Assembly: GCA_964526365.1 (NCBI GenBank)
Contig: CAZGLB010000001.1
Coordinates: forward strand, 1 to 39,550
From: an uncultured archaeon
GTDB taxonomy: Archaea > Iainarchaeota > Iainarchaeia > Iainarchaeales > CSSED10-239
Direction: 5' to 3'
DNA length: 39,550 bases
The notes under the pieces were generated by a model that had not been told where the DNA came from, made no database searches, and was given only the letters and a program-made list of their open reading frames with translations. Position 1 is the stretch's first letter; every line of letters starts with the position of its first letter. Below are positions 33,707 to 39,550 of the stretch, piece by piece. The translations under genes and the position numbers were made by a program.

Positions 33707-34375
33707 ATGGAACTAAGGATTGGTGCTTTTGAAAAACTCAGCACAATTGATTATCCAAACAAAGTTTCGTGTGTAATATTTTTTAAAGGCTGTAATTTTT
33801 GTTGTGGTTTTTGCTATAATAAACAATTAGTTATGCCAGAATTCTTTGATAAGAAAGACGACGTATTAGAAAGCGAAATACGGTATTTCTTGGACAGGCG
33901 AAAAGGGCTCTTAGAAGCAGTTGTTTTAAGCGGCGGAGAACCTACAATTTACGACGAAGAGTTAATTGATTTTATAAAAAAGATAAGAGAAAAAGGATAT
34001 TTAGTAAAACTAGACACCAATGGTTCTTGTCCTGAAGTTCTAGAAAAAATAATCTCCAAAAATCTAGTAGACTATATAGCAATGGATCTAAAAGATGAGT
34101 TTGAAAATTATTCGAACTACACAAATGTTCCAGTAGAAAAAATAAAAAAATCTTTTGAATTAGTAAAAAGCACAAAAATTCCTCACGAGTTTAGAATAAC
34201 CACGCATCCAGACCTTGATATTAAATCTTTTAATAAAATAATAGAAGAGACAAAAGGTCAACAGGTGTTTGTCCAGGATTTCATGAATAAAAACACTATT
34301 AAAGCATATAAAAGTTATAAAACAATATATGACAAACTACAACAGAAAGATTTGCGTTATATTTTAAGAGATTAA
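33707..34375 (+). CDS. nrdG: anaerobic ribonucleotide reductase activating protein (radical SAM)
   Basis: CNFCCGFCYN contains the CxxxCxxC cluster motif. VLSGGEPT is the SAM-binding motif. The size (222 aa) and position after nrdD also fit. Confidence 0.85.
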   Translation: MELRIGAFEKLSTIDYPNKVSCVIFFKGCNFCCGFCYNKQLVMPEFFDKKDDVLESEIRYFLDRRKGLLEAVVLSGGEPTIYDEELIDFIKKIREKGYLVKLDTNGSCPEVLEKIISKNLVDYIAMDLKDEFENYSNYTNVPVEKIKKSFELVKSTKIPHEFRITTHPDLDIKSFNKIIEETKGQQVFVQDFMNKNTIKAYKSYKTIYDKLQQKDLRYILRD

Positions 34376-34389
34376 AAACGGTAGAAAAT

Positions 34390-36441
34390 ATGGTTTTTGT
34401 TACAACGATCACACAAAAGAACGGAGAACCAGAAGAGTTCTCAAAAGAAAAAACAGCAATATTGCTATTTGAGATAATGTGTAATATCGGCGAACCAAAT
34501 CTTACTTTAGCAGAGAAATTAGCCTTTCTGATTTTTGATAAAGTTAATGCAAAATTCTCAAAAGAAATACCTGCAGAGAAACTAGAAGAAATAATAAAAG
34601 ATATTTTATTACAAGAAAATCAAACAGACTTGCTTCAGGCCTTTATTCTAAGAAAGAACAAACCCACAGCAACGCAAGCAGATAGCGAATTAAAAGACAA
34701 AATTCTAAAAGGGATATTAAATCTTGAAGACTCAGAGAATGTTTCTGCAAAATTAATATTTATTAATTCTCAAATAAACAAGTTACAGAACAATTCCTTT
34801 GAAAAACTAAATAAGAAGATATTTGAGCATATAAGAGAAGGAACGTTCTATCCAAGTTCTACTCTTTTAAGAGAAATTGCTTTAAACCAGCATATCTCGT
34901 CAAGCTATTGCTTTGAATTAGAAGATAATCTAGAAAGCATATTTGATACCTTGGCGCTAGCAAGCAAAGTTCAAAAATACGGTGCATCTATTTCCTTAGA
35001 TTTAAGTAAAGTCAGATCAGAAAAAGAAAAAGTAAAATCCATAAACCGAAATGCCTGTGGGCCAGTACGAATAATTAATCTTTTTGTTTCTGCTAAGTCT
35101 CTTGTTGGCTATAGTCTAAATAACGCAAATAATTTATTTTATATTTCTATAGAACATCCAGACATCGTTTCGTTTCTAAAATATTCAACAAGTAACCCTC
35201 AAGACAATTTTGCTATACTTGTGCCTGATAGATTTATGATGGCTTTAGAAAAAAATCAAGATTATAATTTAGAAATTGAAGATAAGGTGACAAGAAAGAT
35301 ACAGCCAAGCACCTTGTTTGATTTAATTTCGTCTAGAATCGTTACTGGCGAGAACATAAATTTGATTTTTTCTGATTCCATAAACAAGAAAAATCCGTTT
35401 ACTAATAATTATAAAAAATATCTATTATCTTCGATTGGCTTTCAACCATGCTTTGAAGACAGCACTTTTGTTAATGGTGTAATTGATGTTTCAAAGCTTG
35501 TTAATGTTGTAGGAAACACAAAAGTATTTGATTGGGCAAGACTAAAAACCATAATTTGGGATTCTTTAGAGTTTTTAGATAACTCTATTGATCTTTCTGC
35601 ACAGGTTAATGAAGAATATTCAAAAAATCTAAAAGAGACAAGGCAAGTTTATCTTTCGATAACTGGATTTGCAACTCTTCTTTTTAAACTAAATATTTCT
35701 TATGATAGTGATGATGCGATTTATTTTGCTGATTCCTTGTCTGATTATATTTCCTACTATACAAAATTAAGATCCACAGAGCTTGCTAAAGATCGCGGGC
35801 CATTTCTAAAATTTATAAAAAGCAAATACGAACTACCAAATTTCAATTTTGAGAAAACCGGAATTCAAAGAACTTTATTTTCCACAGATCTTACGCAATC
35901 TAAAAAACTAAATAAGAATATGCCAATGATTGATTGGACAGATTTAAGAAACAATATTAAGAAATACGGGTTAAGGAACTCAACGGCCTTTACAATTTCT
36001 TTTGCTGATTTTTATTCTGTAGCAAATGAATGTACTAATGGCATAGAGCCGTTATTAAGCTATAAGCCAATATATTGGATAAGCGGCTATAAATCAGAAA
36101 AGCTAAATAAAGATTTATTATTACAAGCACCAGACCTTAATTCTAACTGGACAGAACAAGAAATTGAAGAGGCCTTGCCTGATAATTTAAAAGTCAAATT
36201 TAAATTAGCAAAAGAGATTTCACCAAAGCATTTCTTAAGATTGCAATCAATCTTTGAAAGAAACACAGATGGCGTAGTAAATACAAAGATTTATTTTACA
36301 GAAAACACTACACTTTCAGAAATTAAAGACTTGATACGCGAAAGTCACAGGATTGGAAACACATGCTTCTTACCAGAGAAATTAAATCACAAAGCAAAAG
36401 AGTTTAATTCTGAAGAAAGAAAAAGTATAATGAGTTTATAA
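34390..36441 (+). CDS. divergent ribonucleotide reductase alpha-chain paralogue (class II-like)
   Basis: ATP-cone-like N-terminus. YPSSTLL...SYCFELEDNLESIF, GASISLDLSKVRSE....ACGPV....IEHPDIVSFLKY, GFQPCFE (in place of NPCGE) and TNGIEPLLS follow the RNR ten-stranded barrel motif order. Several catalytic positions are changed. Confidence 0.65.
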   Translation: MVFVTTITQKNGEPEEFSKEKTAILLFEIMCNIGEPNLTLAEKLAFLIFDKVNAKFSKEIPAEKLEEIIKDILLQENQTDLLQAFILRKNKPTATQADSELKDKILKGILNLEDSENVSAKLIFINSQINKLQNNSFEKLNKKIFEHIREGTFYPSSTLLREIALNQHISSSYCFELEDNLESIFDTLALASKVQKYGASISLDLSKVRSEKEKVKSINRNACGPVRIINLFVSAKSLVGYSLNNANNLFYISIEHPDIVSFLKYSTSNPQDNFAILVPDRFMMALEKNQDYNLEIEDKVTRKIQPSTLFDLISSRIVTGENINLIFSDSINKKNPFTNNYKKYLLSSIGFQPCFEDSTFVNGVIDVSKLVNVVGNTKVFDWARLKTIIWDSLEFLDNSIDLSAQVNEEYSKNLKETRQVYLSITGFATLLFKLNISYDSDDAIYFADSLSDYISYYTKLRSTELAKDRGPFLKFIKSKYELPNFNFEKTGIQRTLFSTDLTQSKKLNKNMPMIDWTDLRNNIKKYGLRNSTAFTISFADFYSVANECTNGIEPLLSYKPIYWISGYKSEKLNKDLLLQAPDLNSNWTEQEIEEALPDNLKVKFKLAKEISPKHFLRLQSIFERNTDGVVNTKIYFTENTTLSEIKDLIRESHRIGNTCFLPEKLNHKAKEFNSEERKSIMSL

Positions 36442-36462
36442 TTTTAAAAAAGGGGATAAATC

Positions 36463-36750
36463 ATGGATAAAATAATTGCATCAGAAACCACTGACGAAAA
36501 AATAAAAAGAATAAGGCCGTTCTTTGAGCAATTGACTTTCTTTTTTCTGTTTTTAATATTGTTTATAATTTACGACACAACAATTCACACAATCCCAATA
36601 ATCAAATACACAGTTACTGTCTTTTTCATGGGCTGGTCAATCTCTTTAATTATTCAAGAGTTGTATGTGTACAAAGTATTTAAACCAATAATTCTAGGAA
36701 AGAGATGGGAAACTTTTGTAAAAAATAGTACAAAAAGTAAAAATAAATGA
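36463..36750 (+). CDS. small two-TM membrane protein, unknown function
   Basis: 95 aa with two hydrophobic helices (LTFFFLFLILFIIY, VTVFFMGWSISLII). Last gene of the co-oriented nrd cluster. Confidence 0.4.
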   Translation: MDKIIASETTDEKIKRIRPFFEQLTFFFLFLILFIIYDTTIHTIPIIKYTVTVFFMGWSISLIIQELYVYKVFKPIILGKRWETFVKNSTKSKNK

Positions 36751-36756
36751 TGCAAT

Positions 36757-38961
36757 TTATCTAATTGCATAATCTTTTTCTTTTTCTTCTTTTTCTGGAT
36801 TTTCTTTCTTTGCCTTAAACTTTTCTATGGCTTTAATAAATGCGTCTTTTGTTACAATTGGCTTTGGGTTATCAAGCTTTTTGTCTTTTTCTATATCTTC
36901 AATAATTAATCTAATCTTTGTTAGTCCTGCTTCTCTACATACCGCTTCAATCTCTGCTCCAGAAAACCCGTCTGTAAGTTTTGCAAATTCTTTTGAGCTT
37001 GCCTTTTTATCTGCAGTCATTTTTCCTAGATACACGTCAAATATTTTTTCTCTTGTTAATTCGTCTGGTAAAGGAACTAAAAGAAGTTTTTCAAATCTGC
37101 CAGGTCTCAGGAATGCTGGATCAATAAGATCTGGGCGATTAGTTGCCCCAATAATAATTATGTCTTTAAGATTAGAAATTCCGTCAATTTCTGTTAATAA
37201 TTGAGCAATAACATTGTTCTTGGAATCGTTCGTTTCAAGTCCTGTTCTTCCAGAAGTAATTGAATCAATCTCATCAATAAAAACTATGCTTGGTGCAAGT
37301 TGTCTAGCTTTCTTAAAAATGTCTCTAATCTTTCTTTCTGATTCTCCAACCCATTTATTAAATATTTCTGGCCCTTTAATTGAAATAAAGTTTGCATTAG
37401 TTTCTGTAGCAATGGCTTTTGCAAGAAGGGTTTTACCAGTTCCTGGAGGTCCATATAACAAAACTCCGCGAGGTGCCGTGATTCCAATTTTTTCAAACAA
37501 GTCTTTATGTTTCATTGGCCACTCAATCATTTCTTTTAGTTCTTGTTTAACTGCTTCTAAACCGCCAACAGCATCCCACTTGGTGTTAGGTATTTGCACC
37601 ATGATTTCTCTAATAGCAGATGGTTCCACAACATTAAGAGCGTCCAAAAAATCCTGCTTTGTTATTACTAAAGCATCCATTATCTCTTTAGATAATTCTC
37701 CGCTTGTTTCTTTATTAATTTTTGGCATTAATCTTTTAAGTGCCTTAAGTGCTGCTTCTTTACATAATGAAGAGACATCTGCTCCTGAAAAACCATTAGT
37801 CAATTCTAAAAGGTCATCAATCTTTACGTTTTCAGTTAATGGCATTCCTCTTGTGTGTACCATAAATATTTCTTTTCTAGCGTCTTTAGATGGAATATTA
37901 ATTTCAATCTCTCTATCAAATCTTCCTGGCCTTCTTAGAGCAGGATCAACTGCGTCAGGAATGTTTGTTGCACCAATGACAACCACGTTTCCTCTAGTCT
38001 TTAGTCCATCCATCAAGGTTAGAAGCTGAGCAACAATCCTTTTTTCTGTTTCTCCATGTATATGTTCTCTTCTTGGAGCAATAGAATCAATTTCGTCAAT
38101 AAATATAATTGCGTTTTCTTGTTTTCCTGCTTCTTCAAAGATATTTCTTAAATTTTCTTCAGATTTACCATACACTCCACTAACAATCTCTGGTCCATTA
38201 ATTATAGAAAAGAAAGAGTCTGTTTCTGAAGCTACAGCTTTAGCTAAAAGCGTTTTACCAGTTCCTGGCGGCCCATAAAGAAGTATCCCTTTTGGTGGAG
38301 TTATTCCAAGTTTTTTAAAAATTTCTGGTCTTCTAATTGGTAGTTCAACCATTTCTCTAATACTTTCTATTTCTTTTTTTAAGCCACCAATATCATCATA
38401 AGTAATTCCGTACTTACTAGTCTCTATTGGTTTTTCAGAAATTGTAATTTTGGTGTTTGCAGTAATTTTTACTGCGCCTTTTGGTAATGCTTTTGTAATA
38501 GTTAAAGAAAGGTCTCTTGATTCTTCATTAATAAATATTTTAATGCCTCTAATAATAACTACATTTCCTTCTAGTATGTTTTTGTTTATTATTCTATCAT
38601 GAATATAACTAATAATGTCGTTTCTTTTAAGATCAGGAATCTCAACTGGCGGTGCAAGAGTTATAGATTGCGCAATCTGGCAGTTTATCTTTTCTATATA
38701 GATATCATCATCGATCTTAGAGTTAGAGTTTTGTCTTAAGTTTCCATCCATCTTTATGGTATTAAGTCCTGCATCAGTTACTTTTCCTCTAACTGCATAA
38801 GCAATAACTGATTTATCGTTTTTAAGATTACTAATTTTAATTGTGTCTCCAGTAGTTAGGCCCATTTTTTCAAAAACCACAGGATCAACTTTAGCTATGT
38901 CTTTACCCACATCATAAATTTCTGCTTCTCTAACAGTTAGTCTTGCTTTAAGTTCTGCCAT
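36757..38961 (-). CDS. cdc48: CDC48/VCP-type AAA+ ATPase
   Basis: N-terminal double-psi barrel-like domain and two AAA modules, each with GPPGTGKTLLAKA, Walker B IIFIDEIDS / IVFIDEIDS, and second-region-of-homology ATNRPD / ATNIPD. Confidence 0.93.
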   Translation of the reverse strand: MAELKARLTVREAEIYDVGKDIAKVDPVVFEKMGLTTGDTIKISNLKNDKSVIAYAVRGKVTDAGLNTIKMDGNLRQNSNSKIDDDIYIEKINCQIAQSITLAPPVEIPDLKRNDIISYIHDRIINKNILEGNVVIIRGIKIFINEESRDLSLTITKALPKGAVKITANTKITISEKPIETSKYGITYDDIGGLKKEIESIREMVELPIRRPEIFKKLGITPPKGILLYGPPGTGKTLLAKAVASETDSFFSIINGPEIVSGVYGKSEENLRNIFEEAGKQENAIIFIDEIDSIAPRREHIHGETEKRIVAQLLTLMDGLKTRGNVVVIGATNIPDAVDPALRRPGRFDREIEINIPSKDARKEIFMVHTRGMPLTENVKIDDLLELTNGFSGADVSSLCKEAALKALKRLMPKINKETSGELSKEIMDALVITKQDFLDALNVVEPSAIREIMVQIPNTKWDAVGGLEAVKQELKEMIEWPMKHKDLFEKIGITAPRGVLLYGPPGTGKTLLAKAIATETNANFISIKGPEIFNKWVGESERKIRDIFKKARQLAPSIVFIDEIDSITSGRTGLETNDSKNNVIAQLLTEIDGISNLKDIIIIGATNRPDLIDPAFLRPGRFEKLLLVPLPDELTREKIFDVYLGKMTADKKASSKEFAKLTDGFSGAEIEAVCREAGLTKIRLIIEDIEKDKKLDNPKPIVTKDAFIKAIEKFKAKKENPEKEEKEKDYAIR

Positions 38962-39029
38962 AGTTTATTCCCAATTATCAGTAATATTATACAAGAAATA
39001 GTTTAAAAAGCACTCTATTAAATTAGAAA

Positions 39030-39550
39030 TTATTCAATGGTATATATTTCAGTCATTACACCGCTACTTGTTTCGCCTAAAACCGCAATGGCTTTTAGGG
39101 TTGTGTTTTCAGAGAGAGGTATAGGGTTTTCATAAATTATAGAATCAATAGTTGGTGTACTTCCATTAGTAGTATAGAATATTTTTGCACCAGGTGTAGA
39201 ATTTAAGACAACGTTTATTGATTCAGGGTATTCTCCTGAATGTGGGTCTGCAGAAGGCACCGCTACTTCTTCACCAATTTTATATTCAGAAACAAGTATA
39301 TCGCTATATGCGCCGTCTAATTCTGCAACAGCAATTAGTTTTATATTTTCTGTAATTATTAGTGGTTCAGTATATTGCGCCCCTTCTTTTGGGTCGCCTT
39401 CATTTAAAACATAGAATATTTTTGCACCAGGAGTTGTTGTACTTAATGTAACTTGAGTGTGTGGAGAAACCACTCCTTGGCTAGGTTCAGCAATCGGCGT
39501 CGCTACATATCCTTCAACAGTATAGTTTGCGGATTGTACGCCACTATCTA
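39030..39550 (-). CDS. partial surface protein with tandem chitobiase/hexosaminidase-C-like (FN3-associated) repeats; 5' end outside the window
   Basis: Repeated ...TPGAKIFYTTNGSTPT / TTPGAKIFYVLNEGDP units. The frame stays open upstream of the track GTG start through to 39550. Confidence 0.5.
   Translation of the reverse strand, partial: DSGVQSANYTVEGYVATPIAEPSQGVVSPHTQVTLSTTTPGAKIFYVLNEGDPKEGAQYTEPLIITENIKLIAVAELDGAYSDILVSEYKIGEEVAVPSADPHSGEYPESINVVLNSTPGAKIFYTTNGSTPTIDSIIYENPIPLSENTTLKAIAVLGETSSGVMTEIYTIE

Noticed and set aside
36827-38029. ORFs of 125, 271 and 70 aa overlapping the cdc48 locus: 36827..37204 (+) and 37214..38029 (+) are antisense, and 37284..37496 (-) is an alternate frame on the same strand.
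   Set aside because: They lie entirely inside a high-confidence AAA+ ATPase gene. Their composition (Ser/Leu/Ile-rich) is typical of shadow frames of a conserved gene, and no motifs are present.
1-39550. CRISPR arrays, rRNA genes, C/D-box sRNAs, and transposase or IS elements.
   Set aside because: There are no regularly spaced direct repeats and no long GC-enriched structured non-coding segment besides the four tRNAs. All RUGAUGA-like strings lie inside coding regions without matching D boxes. No transposase-like ORF is present.

Overview
This is a gene-dense, visibly AT-rich archaeal window. The archaeal markers are EF-1alpha plus uS10, TFE, aTrm56, Taw3, Elp3, RtcB, CDC48, a DUF373 membrane protein, and an initiator tRNA with A1-U72. 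The compaction (stop codons of convergent genes touch or overlap) and the many orphan surface proteins suggest a reduced, DPANN-like genome; that placement is inference only. I support about 40 CDS, 4 tRNAs (Phe-GAA, Lys-CUU, Lys-UUU, initiator Met-CAU), one intein, and several repeat or operator-like sites. I found no rRNA and no CRISPR array. The most unusual locus is the ribonucleotide reductase cluster at 30.5-36.8 kb. It holds an intein-containing class III nrdD whose glycyl-radical loop lies on a separate 48-aa ORF after tandem stops, then nrdG, then a divergent class I/II-type RNR alpha paralogue with altered catalytic residues. Other points worth follow-up:
- A cluster of GTAATTAC palindromes next to tRNA-iMet, with a 20-nt exact copy inside the trm56 coding region.
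- A small tRNA-flanked islet that ends at a tyrosine recombinase.
- A tRNA-Phe whose three anomalies are all C where U is expected.
- A DUF4258-like toxin paired with a Zn-ribbon-AbrB antitoxin and a palindromic operator.
- A truncated NFACT-N protein.
- A wHTH plus CARF-like mini-pair.
- Bacterial-type mutS-mutL.
All family calls rest on motif recognition by eye. No searches were run.
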